From contig NC_013967.1 of the NCBI RefSeq assembly GCF_000025685.1, positions 1,470,001 to 1,502,000 on the forward strand: 32,000 nt of DNA, read 5' to 3'. The notes under the pieces were generated by a model. That model was not told the origin of the DNA and did not search any database. It worked only from the letters and a program-made list of their open reading frames with translations. Each line of letters opens with the position of its first letter. The first letter of the stretch is position 1. Both the position numbers and the translations under genes were made by a program. This document shows, piece after piece, positions 23,347-31,508 of this stretch. The stretch is from Haloferax volcanii DS2 (GTDB lineage Archaea > Halobacteriota > Halobacteria > Halobacteriales > Haloferacaceae).

Positions 23347-24180
23347 TCAGAGGTCGACGCGGTCACCGATTTCGACGAGGTCGAGCGAGCGCGGGGCCTC
23401 GAAGCTCTTGGCGTGGTGGTGCAGCACCTTCGGGTCGGCGGTCATGCCCTTCCACATGTCCCAGTGAGTCGGGACGAGGCGGTCGAGGTCGAGGTCGCTC
23501 GCGGCCTCGATAATCTGGTTTTCGTCGTTGTACCACGTCGTGCGGACCGGCTCGCCCGTCTCCTTGTCGGGGATGTTGCCGACGGTTCCGAACGCGAGGA
23601 TGCCGAGGTCGAGGTCGTAGCGCTCCCCGATGCCGGCGAACTCCTCGGCGGGCTTGGTGTCGCCGCCGTGGATGAACGTCCCCGACTCGTGTTCGAAGAC
23701 GTAGGCGACCGGATGAGACGCGTCGGGGTCGTAGGCGGGTTCGACGTGGACGGTGAACTCACCGATGTCGACGCTGTCGCCCTCCGCGACCTCCTCGAAC
23801 TGGTCCTCGGAGAGGTCGTAGTCGTCGAACCACGCCTCGTCGTCGTAGGCGACCGAAAGCGAGTCGTCGGGGGCGACGAACGTCGCGCCCGTGTTTTCGA
23901 GGATGGGCGCTTGACTCTGCCCGTGAACGTGGTCCGTGTGCTCGTGCGTGGCGAGGACCGCGTCGGCCTCGGTCACGTCCTCGGGGTCGAACGGGACGGG
24001 AATCATACGGACCGTCCGCGGCGGGTCGCCGATGCCGACGTACGGGTCGACGAACAGCGTCGTCCCCTCGCTGCCCTTGATGACGAACCCGTTGCAACCC
24101 AGATACCAGATGGCAACCGTCTCGGGGTCGGCCGACTCGACCGCGCGCGGGAGCCAGTCGCTCCAGTCGCTGACTGTCAT
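23347..24180 (-). CDS. MBL-fold metallo-hydrolase (UlaG-like)
   Basis: ATG at 24180 (MTVSDWSDWLPRAVE...) inside the 405-aa track ORF. Motifs: WYLGCNGFVIKG...LATHEHTDHVHG (HxHxDH) ...FIHGGDT...PTHWDMW. Confidence 0.85.
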   Translation of the reverse strand: MTVSDWSDWLPRAVESADPETVAIWYLGCNGFVIKGSEGTTLFVDPYVGIGDPPRTVRMIPVPFDPEDVTEADAVLATHEHTDHVHGQSQAPILENTGATFVAPDDSLSVAYDDEAWFDDYDLSEDQFEEVAEGDSVDIGEFTVHVEPAYDPDASHPVAYVFEHESGTFIHGGDTKPAEEFAGIGERYDLDLGILAFGTVGNIPDKETGEPVRTTWYNDENQIIEAASDLDLDRLVPTHWDMWKGMTADPKVLHHHAKSFEAPRSLDLVEIGDRVDL

Positions 24181-24667
24181 AGAGACGTGTCCTCCCGCCG
24201 GGGGACTAAGCGTTGCGCTCTCTCGTCCGACGCGTCCCGACGACCCGACAACAACGACTAGCAATACGCAGACAACCCGCGCATATTTGTGGACGAAATT
24301 GTAGCCTACAATAGAAAATAGAGACATATGTGGTGTATAAGGTGTTACCCTGACAAGATGTTTAATGCACCAACTCATGTTGCCAGATACCATGTCAGGA
24401 ACCCACAAACAAACGGCGAACTTCTCTTCGATGGCTCGGACGATGCGCGCGTGCGGCGCGTGGGAAGCGGTTTCCCCGCTGGACGACGACTCGCGGCGAC
24501 CGGACGAGTTCTGACGCAACTGAGAACGGCAGTCCGGCTTCGGTCGGGCGATGCGGCCCCGCACTTATCATCTTCGACGCGGTCCGATACCACATGAACG
24601 CAGACGCCAGTCTCGGTCGCGTCGAGTGCCGAGGCGACACCACAGCACGCCGAGGAGTGACTTCGCC

Positions 24668-25117
24668 GTGCGCGTGAGCGTCGTCGGCGGGAGCGTCGTC
24701 CCCGACCCGGTCGAAGCCATCGCCGAAGACCTGGGTCGCCTGCTCGCCCAGCGCGGCCACACGGTCGTCTGCGGCGGCCTCGGCGGCGTCATGAAGGCGG
24801 CCTGTCGCGGCGCGAAAGACGCCGGCGGCACGACTATCGGCGTCCTGCCGGGCGAGGACCGCGAGGATGCGAACTCCTACGTCGACATCCCTATTGCGAC
24901 CGGGCTCGGCCACGCGAGAAACGCGCTCGTCGCGATGAACGGCGACGCCGTCATCGCCGTCGACGGCGGCGGCGGGACGCTCTCCGAAATCGGCTACGCC
25001 AACGTCTTCGACCGCCCGACGGCCGGCATCAGAACCCAACAGGTCGGCTCGCTAGAGGGCTTCGAGCCGTGCGACTCGCCGGAAGCGGCCGTCGCGTTCG
25101 TCGAAGACGCGGTCTGA
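24668..25117 (+). CDS. TIGR00725-type protein (LOG/SLOG superfamily, Rossmann-like)
   Basis: VRVSVVGGS...LGRLLAQRGHTVVCGGLGGVMKAACRGAKDAGGTTIGVLP...IATGLGHARNALVAMNGDAVIAVDGGGGTLSEI. GTG start at 24668, or at 24674, which overlaps the stop of a 27-codon upstream ORF as GTGA. The track ATG 24551 is unlikely. Confidence 0.75.
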   Translation: MRVSVVGGSVVPDPVEAIAEDLGRLLAQRGHTVVCGGLGGVMKAACRGAKDAGGTTIGVLPGEDREDANSYVDIPIATGLGHARNALVAMNGDAVIAVDGGGGTLSEIGYANVFDRPTAGIRTQQVGSLEGFEPCDSPEAAVAFVEDAV

Positions 25118-25135
25118 GCGGGCGGTCGCGCCGCG

Positions 25136-26731
25136 CTACGCGTCCGCGGCGCCCTCGTCGCGTTCGACGCAGTCGCGGAGCAGGTCGTCGATGACGGTCT
25201 CTCGGAACGACTCCCAGTCGGTCGTCGACGCCCAGAGCCGACCCGCGTCCGTGGGTTCGAGCGCGTCGCGGCCGCGTTCGCGCTCGCGCGTCGTGACGAA
25301 TCCGTTCGCGGTGAGTCCCTCGACCGCCACGTCGAGCCGCGGAGCGAGCGCGTTCGAGAGTCGCTTTTCGAATCGGTCGCCCGCCACGCTGTCGCGAGCG
25401 ACGCCCACGCAGAACGAATCGAACGCCGACCACGTCTCGTCGTCGCGCGCGCCGGCGACGATGCCGTGGTGTTCGGCGCGCTCGCGGAGTTCGGCGGCGA
25501 CCCCGCGGCGCGTCCGCGGGCGAGAGCGCGGCGGCCCCGCAGCGAGGACGGACAGCACCGCCGCTTCGAGGTCGCCCAGCGGCGAGAGCGCGTGCCCGTC
25601 GAGTTCGAGGGCTGACTCGCCCGTTGCGGGACCGGAATCGTCGAGGGCCGAGAGGCTCGTCGCGGCCTCGGCGGCCCGCTCGGAGAGTTCGGTCGTCCGC
25701 TCGGCAACCGGGCCGGCAGCGGCCGAAAGCTGCGAGCGAGCGTCGAGGTAGGCGTCGAGGTGCGCCTCGAAGCGGTCGAGCGACTCGAACAGCTCGACGG
25801 TCGCTCGGTCTTCGAACTTCCCGAAGCGCGCCTCGCAGCTCGTTCGGAAGCGGGCGACCAGTTCGTGGGGGTCGTCTTCGGCCGACGCGAGCAGGCGACT
25901 CTCGCCGTCGAGCCACACGTCGAGCGCGTCGAGGACCGCGTTCGGGTCGCGAGTGTCTTCGGGGTCCGGGCGGGGGTCCTCGGACTCGACGAGGTCCACG
26001 AGCTGTTCGCGGGCGCGGCCGACGTAGGAACTCATCGCGCCGAGCGGCGAGTCGCTGCCGGAGCGCGCCCCGCGAGCGCCCGCGGTGCGGCCGGCGCGGG
26101 AGTTCGGACGGGACTCCCCGCTGGCGTCGGCGAGCGCGTCGCGCAGGTCCGACAGGGCGATACGGAGCGGGCGGGCGACGGCCGCGGCCGCGGGGCCGTC
26201 GGAGACGCGACGGAACTCGTCGAACGCGTCGGAGGCGGCCTCGACATCACCGACGAGCGACCGGAGGTCGTCGATAGCGGCGAGGTCGGGGCGGTCGGTC
26301 GCGGGGATGGTCAGGAGCGAGACGGTTCCGCGGTCGAGTTCGCCGCCGTCGACGAGGGCGGTTCGCGCGGCGTAGAACGCGGCGGCGACCTGCGGGGGCG
26401 CGCCCGCGAGGTTCACCTGTACGTCGCCGTCCGCGGCGGCCCCGCGGAGCAGGTCGGTCGTCGCGGCGTACAGTTCCTCGAAGGAGGCGGTAAACGGGAG
26501 TCGTGCTTCGTCGACCGCGTTCCGGCCCGCGAGCCGTTCGGTGACGGCTTTCGCGGCGTGGGCGCTCGCTCGCGGCGCGCCGGGGGCGCAGTCGTCCGGG
26601 TCGCGACCCTGCTCGGGGTCGGCCTCGTCGCGGACCAGCCGAACCCGGTCGGCGTCGGCGACAGCGGCTTCGAGCGGGGTGACGACCCGCTGCACGTCGA
26701 GTCCGAGAACGGAGAGGTGGGTCGTCGGCAT
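25136..26731 (-). CDS. HFX_2341/DUF6293-like (CARF/Csa3-like N-domain) putative transcription regulator with long helical insert and C-terminal wHTH
   Basis: ATG at 26731 (MPTTHLSVLGLDVQRVVTPL...DRVRLV...FEELYAATTDLL...VQVNLAGAPPQVAAAFYAA). C-terminus: LEAAVLSVLAAG...VEGLTANGFVTTRERERGRDALEPTDAGRLW. Family name is recalled from memory, not searched. Confidence 0.6.
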   Translation of the reverse strand: MPTTHLSVLGLDVQRVVTPLEAAVADADRVRLVRDEADPEQGRDPDDCAPGAPRASAHAAKAVTERLAGRNAVDEARLPFTASFEELYAATTDLLRGAAADGDVQVNLAGAPPQVAAAFYAARTALVDGGELDRGTVSLLTIPATDRPDLAAIDDLRSLVGDVEAASDAFDEFRRVSDGPAAAAVARPLRIALSDLRDALADASGESRPNSRAGRTAGARGARSGSDSPLGAMSSYVGRAREQLVDLVESEDPRPDPEDTRDPNAVLDALDVWLDGESRLLASAEDDPHELVARFRTSCEARFGKFEDRATVELFESLDRFEAHLDAYLDARSQLSAAAGPVAERTTELSERAAEAATSLSALDDSGPATGESALELDGHALSPLGDLEAAVLSVLAAGPPRSRPRTRRGVAAELRERAEHHGIVAGARDDETWSAFDSFCVGVARDSVAGDRFEKRLSNALAPRLDVAVEGLTANGFVTTRERERGRDALEPTDAGRLWASTTDWESFRETVIDDLLRDCVERDEGAADA

Positions 26732-26810
26732 CTGTCTGACCAATTCGCTACCTGTGCCCTGAATGTTGTGGTGCTCGTGAGAGCCGCCCGTCAGTCGCGC
26801 CGACGCGGCG

Positions 26811-27290
26811 TCAGACCCACGAGCGGACGAGGTTGCGGCCGACGACGCCGAGGCCGAGCATGTCGACGACGAACAGGATGACGCTACCGAGGATGGGGAC
26901 GAGCGCGCCGAGGAAGACCGTCGAAACCGCGCCGCCGACGATGCTGAGGAGGACGAGCGCGAGGAACCCCGGAATCGCCACGAGGAGGCCGATGATGGTG
27001 ATTGCGAGGAGGACGAGCACGATGACGCCGCCGATGCTGACGCCGAGGCCCCAGAGGAACGACCCGTCGGGGTCGTCCCGAATCTCGGCGATGGCGTCTC
27101 TGGTGTACGACGGGGCCGCGGCGACGAGGATGCCGCCGACGACGAGGTCGATGAGGAAGCTCCCGCCGGCTCGGAACATCGGCGAAAGCTGCGGTGCGGA
27201 TTCGAAGTTCTGCGCGGCCGCGGTTCCCGCGAGCGCGAGGACGCCGAGCAGACTCAGGAGGGCGGTTTGTGACGTTCGTGGAGGGACCAT
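26811..27290 (-). CDS. Hypothetical membrane protein with N-terminal signal-like segment and Gly-rich TM helices
   Basis: 159 aa. MVPPRTSQTALLSLLGVLALAGTAAAQ, then 3-4 hydrophobic segments (LIDLVVGGILVAAAP, GGVIVLVLLAITIIGLLVAIPGFLALVLLSIVGG...). Confidence 0.6.
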   Translation of the reverse strand: MVPPRTSQTALLSLLGVLALAGTAAAQNFESAPQLSPMFRAGGSFLIDLVVGGILVAAAPSYTRDAIAEIRDDPDGSFLWGLGVSIGGVIVLVLLAITIIGLLVAIPGFLALVLLSIVGGAVSTVFLGALVPILGSVILFVVDMLGLGVVGRNLVRSWV

Positions 27291-27453
27291 ACGTATCCGT
27301 GAACGGGCGGCCCGTATAGGTACTCTGGGGCGACAATCTAGAAATCGAACATATCCGAGACGAGGCGCGACGAGAGCATCGAGACAGGACGCGACACGCG
27401 GCGGGGTCGCGCGGGGCGTTCACGGGGGTCGTGGAGCGACTCGGCGACTCGGC

Positions 27454-28488
27454 TTACCAGGTGCCGTGGAACGTGTCGAACTCGAGGGCGTCGAGGGGTT
27501 CGTCGCCGACGGCGATGCGGTACTCTTGGGGCGTCAGCATCGGCTTGTGGAACCGCGGACCGTCGTCGGTCGTGATGCGCGGGCAGCCGGTGTTGACGAA
27601 CGCGTCCATGTCGAAGTTCCGGAGCCGGTCGGGCGTCACCTCGTCCATCGTGATGAGGTAGGCGTTCTCGTTGTCCTCCAGAATCTTCTCGGCGATTTCC
27701 ATGCGGCCCTGACCGATTTTCGTACAGAAGATGACGCCCCACTTCTCGGCGTCCATCGCCTTGTGGACCGAGGCGTAGCGCTGTTTCATGAACTTCCGCG
27801 TGTCCGCGATGGTGACGACGTTGTTGACGGGGTCGGCGATGACGACGTTCTTGTCGGGGTGTTCCATCGCGAGGCCGAGCGGGTGGAACTTGCCGCCGCC
27901 GACGTAGAGCACGTCGTCGGCCGGGATGTCCGCGGAGGCGTAGTTACAGCCGAGGACCTGTCCCTCGTAGGTGAGGCGGTCGTCGCCCTTGCGGGTCTGG
28001 ACAGTGTAGCCGCGCTCTTCGAGCCAGTCGCACATGTCCTCGAAGCGGTTCATGTGCTGTGCGGTGGTGACGAGGCCGACCTCGTCGCCCTCGATGTCGT
28101 CGAGCGCGTCCTCCATGATGGGGAAGGGGTCGACGTTGGAGAACAGCGGGACGTAGATGATTTTGTCCGACTCCTTCATCGGCGAGTGGCCGAAGTGGAC
28201 GAACACGTCGGTTCGGCGCATGAGGTAGGTGTCGAGGTCGCACGCGCCGTAACACGGCTGACCGGAGAGCATGAACGTCACGTCGTCGTCGCAGAGCTGA
28301 CGGAGGTCGTCGGCGACCGCCGGGCCGCGGCGCTTCAGCCCCTCGGGGAACTGGAGGCCGACGCGCTTGGCGTCGCGTTCCTCGATGGCTTCGACGATCT
28401 GTTCGAGTTCGTAGTCCCACTCCCGGTCGTGCTTGAGCGACATCCCGGTGTTTCGAAGGTCTCCCTCCGAGGTGGCGTCCTGGCTCAT
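27454..28488 (-). CDS. dph2: Diphthamide biosynthesis enzyme Dph2 (2-(3-amino-3-carboxypropyl)histidine synthase)
   Basis: ATG at 28488 (MSQDATSE...). Motifs: RVGLQFPEGLKRRGP...SGQPCYGACD...HFGHS...VLGCNY...GGGKFHPLG...NTGCPRI, with conserved Cys positions for the 4Fe-4S cluster. Confidence 0.85.
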   Translation of the reverse strand: MSQDATSEGDLRNTGMSLKHDREWDYELEQIVEAIEERDAKRVGLQFPEGLKRRGPAVADDLRQLCDDDVTFMLSGQPCYGACDLDTYLMRRTDVFVHFGHSPMKESDKIIYVPLFSNVDPFPIMEDALDDIEGDEVGLVTTAQHMNRFEDMCDWLEERGYTVQTRKGDDRLTYEGQVLGCNYASADIPADDVLYVGGGKFHPLGLAMEHPDKNVVIADPVNNVVTIADTRKFMKQRYASVHKAMDAEKWGVIFCTKIGQGRMEIAEKILEDNENAYLITMDEVTPDRLRNFDMDAFVNTGCPRITTDDGPRFHKPMLTPQEYRIAVGDEPLDALEFDTFHGTW

Positions 28489-28653
28489 TGCCCCATCGTT
28501 GCGGACGGAGCCGTTTAACCACCGCGCTTCCCCACGAGCGAGCGTCACACACCCACACGCGAGTCGACCGGCGGTGCGGCGCCCGCGACGGTGTCACCCG
28601 GTTACCCGCCCGTCACTCGGGGATTCAAGGCTCGCGGCGGCCTACCGGTGTCC

Positions 28654-29307
28654 ATGTCGGACATCCCCCTCGAACACGTCCACGTCGAACCGTCGGAACC
28701 GGGCGACGGGCCGGCTCCCGCCGTCGTCTTGCTCCACGGCCGCGGCTCGAACGAACAGGACCTCCTATCTATCGCACAGGAGTTCCCCGACCACGTCCAC
28801 GTCGTGAGCCTCCGCGCGCCCGACCGTCTGCAAGGCGGCTACACCTGGTACGAACTCGACCTCTCGGGGGGCGGTCTCCACGAGAGCCAACCCCACGCCG
28901 AGCAGTTCGAACGCTCGCGGAATCTCGTCCGCGAGGCCATCGCCGGCGCGGTCGAAGCGTACGACATCGACCCCGACCGAATCGGCCTCCTCGGCTTCAG
29001 TCAGGGCGCGATTACCAGCCTGTCGCTCCTCCTCGACGACCCCGACGACTACGCGTGGGTCGTCGCGCTCCACGGCTACCTCGCGGACTCCCACGCCGAC
29101 CTCGACCCCGACGGCATCGCGGGCAAACCGGTGTTCGTCGGCGGCGGGTCGATGGACCAGATCATCCCGACTTCGCGGGTCGAACGCGCCGCCGAGCGCC
29201 TCCGCGAACTCGGCGCTGACGTGACGGCGAACGTCTACAACGCGCCCCACGGCGTCGGCCCGGACGAACTGCAGGACGTGGTCGCGTTCGTCGACGCCCA
29301 CGTCTGA
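28654..29307 (+). CDS. Alpha/beta hydrolase (phospholipase/carboxylesterase family)
   Basis: ATG at 28654 (MSDIPLEHVHV...). VVLLHGRGSNEQDL, nucleophile elbow GFSQGA, then late D and H (..GGGSMDQIIP.., ..APHGV..). Confidence 0.8.
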   Translation: MSDIPLEHVHVEPSEPGDGPAPAVVLLHGRGSNEQDLLSIAQEFPDHVHVVSLRAPDRLQGGYTWYELDLSGGGLHESQPHAEQFERSRNLVREAIAGAVEAYDIDPDRIGLLGFSQGAITSLSLLLDDPDDYAWVVALHGYLADSHADLDPDGIAGKPVFVGGGSMDQIIPTSRVERAAERLRELGADVTANVYNAPHGVGPDELQDVVAFVDAHV

Positions 29308-29388
29308 GCGCGCCTGGCGCTCGAAACGCTCGCGCCGTCGCCTTCCCCGTTCGGCAGGTTGAAACCGCTCGCACCCCAACGCGCGGCT

Positions 29389-29763
29389 ATGAGCACGCAG
29401 ACGACGCGGCTCGAAGAACTCGGGCGCGAACTCGGCGAAGCCATCGCCGACCATCCGAAGTACGAAGCCTACGAGGAGGCGAAAGCCGCCGTCGAAGCCG
29501 ACGACGACGTGCAGGAGCTCATCACGGAGTTCAACCAGCTTCGGGAGGAGTTCAACGTCTCCCGGCAGATGGGCGAAGCGACCCAAGAGGGGCTCCGGAA
29601 GGTCCAAGCGGCACAGGAAGAGCTCCACTCCGAGCCCGTGATGGAGGAGTACCTCCTCGCGCAGGCCGAACTCGTCGGCGAGTTAGAGAAGATTAACGAG
29701 GCCATCTCGGAGCCGCTCGCGGTCGACTTCGGCGGCGAGGCCGGCGGTTGCTGTAACGACTAA
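29389..29763 (+). CDS. YlbF/YmcA-like helical protein with C-terminal GGCC motif
   Basis: ATG at 29389. LGEAIADHPKYEAYEEAKAAVEADDDVQELITEFNQLREEF...EELHSEPVMEEYLLAQAELVGELEKINEAIS fits the UPF0342/YlbF pattern. Ends ...GGEAGGCCND. Confidence 0.65.
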   Translation: MSTQTTRLEELGRELGEAIADHPKYEAYEEAKAAVEADDDVQELITEFNQLREEFNVSRQMGEATQEGLRKVQAAQEELHSEPVMEEYLLAQAELVGELEKINEAISEPLAVDFGGEAGGCCND

Positions 29764-29836
29764 GCTCGGCTCGACCCGGCTCGCTCGACTCGTTTTCGCC
29801 GCAGGTTCAAGTGCCAAGCCGGGGCCAACCCCGGCT

Positions 29837-30454
29837 ATGTTGGCAATCGCGGGCGGCAAGGGCGGCAGCGGGAAGACCACGACGACCCTCGGACTGGCGA
29901 GCGCGCTCGACGGCCCGGTGCTCGCCGTCGACGCCGACAGGGACATGCCGAACCTCCACACGATGGCCGGCGTCGGACGACCGGTGGACGCCGCCTCTGG
30001 CGCACCCGTACGGGAGCCGTCGGTTCGGTCGCATCCGACCGACTCGACCGTCTCCGTGCTGCCGGCACCCGCCGGGACCGACGACGACGCCTTCGAGCGG
30101 TGGCTCCGAACCGCCGCGGGCGACGAGCGGCGTGCGGTCGTCGACTGTCCCGCGGGAGCCGGCCCCGACGCCGCCGTCCCGCTCCGCGTCGCCGACGGCG
30201 TGGTCGTCGTGTCGCCGCTGTGCGCGCCGGCGCTCCGCGACGCGGCGAAGACGGCCGCGATGGCGCGGGCGCTCGGCACCCCGGTTGTCGGATGTGTCAT
30301 CTCTCGGTCACGAGTGGCTCCCGAGGCGGTGTCCGACCTCGTGGGCGCGCCGGTGCTCGGGACCGTTCCCGAGGAGTCGTCGCCAGTACTCACTCGGCCG
30401 ACAGTTCGGGCCGCGTACCGTCGGATAGCCGACAAGATACCGGGGAAGAAGTAA
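29837..30454 (+). CDS. MinD/ParA/CooC-type P-loop ATPase (deviant Walker A)
   Basis: MLAIAGGKGGSGKTTTTLGLASAL (KGGxGKT), VLAVDADRDMPNL, and a Walker B-like AVVDCPAG. 205 aa. Confidence 0.85.
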   Translation: MLAIAGGKGGSGKTTTTLGLASALDGPVLAVDADRDMPNLHTMAGVGRPVDAASGAPVREPSVRSHPTDSTVSVLPAPAGTDDDAFERWLRTAAGDERRAVVDCPAGAGPDAAVPLRVADGVVVVSPLCAPALRDAAKTAAMARALGTPVVGCVISRSRVAPEAVSDLVGAPVLGTVPEESSPVLTRPTVRAAYRRIADKIPGKK

Positions 30455-30480
30455 TATGAGCGACCCCCTTACACACGGTT

Positions 30481-31104
30481 ATGTCTCGACTGGCGACGGG
30501 AATCGACGTGCTCGACCGCCAACTGGGCGGGGGCATTCCCGCGGGGAGCATCGTCCACCTCGCCGCCGACCCGGCCAGCCAGTCAGAGCTGTTTTTACAC
30601 GAACTGACGACCACGCGAGGGACGCTGTGGCTGACGACGATTCGCTCCGCCGAGGCCGTCTCCGACGCGCTCGACCGAAGTCCCGGACCGGCCGGAACCC
30701 CCACGGTCCGCGACGTGGGCGGCGACGCGCCGCTCGACACGGCGAACAGCCTGGTCCGTGACCTGCCGGAGGGCGCGAATCTCATCATCGACGTGGCGGA
30801 CGTGCTCGAACGCAACGAGAGCGCCCGCTACCGGAAGTTCCTCAACGACCTCCAGACCCACATGGTCAACACGCGCGGCCTGACCGTCCTCCACGGGCTG
30901 AAAGGCGAGTCGGTCCCGGACAACCGCGACCTGACAGAACACATGGCCGACGTGGTGTTCGACCTCGACACGAAGATAGACGGCTCGGAAATCGTCAATC
31001 GGCTCGCGGTCCCTAAGTTCCGCGGCGGCCGCGCGCTCGACGAGACCATCAAACTCCGGCTCGCGGAGCGCGTCAGCGTCGACACCAGCCGCGACATCGC
31101 CTGA
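30481..31104 (+). CDS. RecA/KaiC-fold protein with degenerate Walker A (putative pseudo-ATPase)
   Basis: The KaiC/RadA-type entry motif GIDVLDRQLGGGIPAGSIVHL is followed by AADPASQSE where GxxGxGKT/S is expected. Later NLIIDVADVLE and TVLHGLKG... keep the fold pattern. Confidence 0.7.
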   Translation: MSRLATGIDVLDRQLGGGIPAGSIVHLAADPASQSELFLHELTTTRGTLWLTTIRSAEAVSDALDRSPGPAGTPTVRDVGGDAPLDTANSLVRDLPEGANLIIDVADVLERNESARYRKFLNDLQTHMVNTRGLTVLHGLKGESVPDNRDLTEHMADVVFDLDTKIDGSEIVNRLAVPKFRGGRALDETIKLRLAERVSVDTSRDIA

Positions 31105-31168
31105 GCGTCGCATCGGCGGCGAGTCGGGTCGGGTCAAGCCGGGTCAAATCAGGCCGGACGGCGGGCGG

Positions 31169-31435
31169 TTAGAACACGAAGAAGCCGAACGTGCCGAGCG
31201 TGACGACCGCAATGAGCGCCATCCACGTTCGGGCGGACAGCGCCGCGCCGCGGGAGAAGACGTAGGCGAAGTACGGTGCGAGCGGCGAGAGGCGGTAGAC
31301 GAACGGCACCTCGATACCGGCGCCGTATTCGAGCGAGAGCGTCAGTGCGACGGTGCAGACCCCGGCGACGAGCGCGACTTTCACGTCTGTGAGGTCGCGG
31401 AACTGGTCCGTCGCGGCGTCGTCTGGCGAAGCCAT
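31169..31435 (-). CDS. Small hypothetical membrane protein (88 aa, 2-3 TM)
   Basis: ATG ORF. MASPDDAATDQFRDLTDVKVALVAGVCTVALTLSL...WMALIAVVTLGTFGFFVF. Confidence 0.5.
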   Translation of the reverse strand: MASPDDAATDQFRDLTDVKVALVAGVCTVALTLSLEYGAGIEVPFVYRLSPLAPYFAYVFSRGAALSARTWMALIAVVTLGTFGFFVF

Positions 31436-31508
31436 GGCTACGAGGCGGTCGGAAGGCGAGTATCAAGAAGCCGCCGATTCGCCGGGGCGGCGAGGGCGGC
31501 GGAGTCGC

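Noticed and set aside
22360-24261. 633-aa plus-strand ORF, and other long ORFs such as 21412..21948, 25760..26881, 26833..28518 and 28765..29628
   Set aside because: All are antisense to genes with clear motifs (coiled-coil protein, MBL, CARF-like regulator, Dph2, hydrolase) and have the Arg/Gly-rich look of high-GC shadow frames.
24328-24597. 89-aa ORF starting MWCIRCYPDKMFNAPTHVARYH (CxxC-x10-H-x4-H, zinc-finger-like) in the AT-rich spacer
   Set aside because: After the first about 25 codons it becomes an Arg-rich high-GC shadow frame. There is no well-placed TATA box. The C2H2 spacing is off. I am not confident enough to annotate it, though a much shorter micro-protein cannot be excluded.
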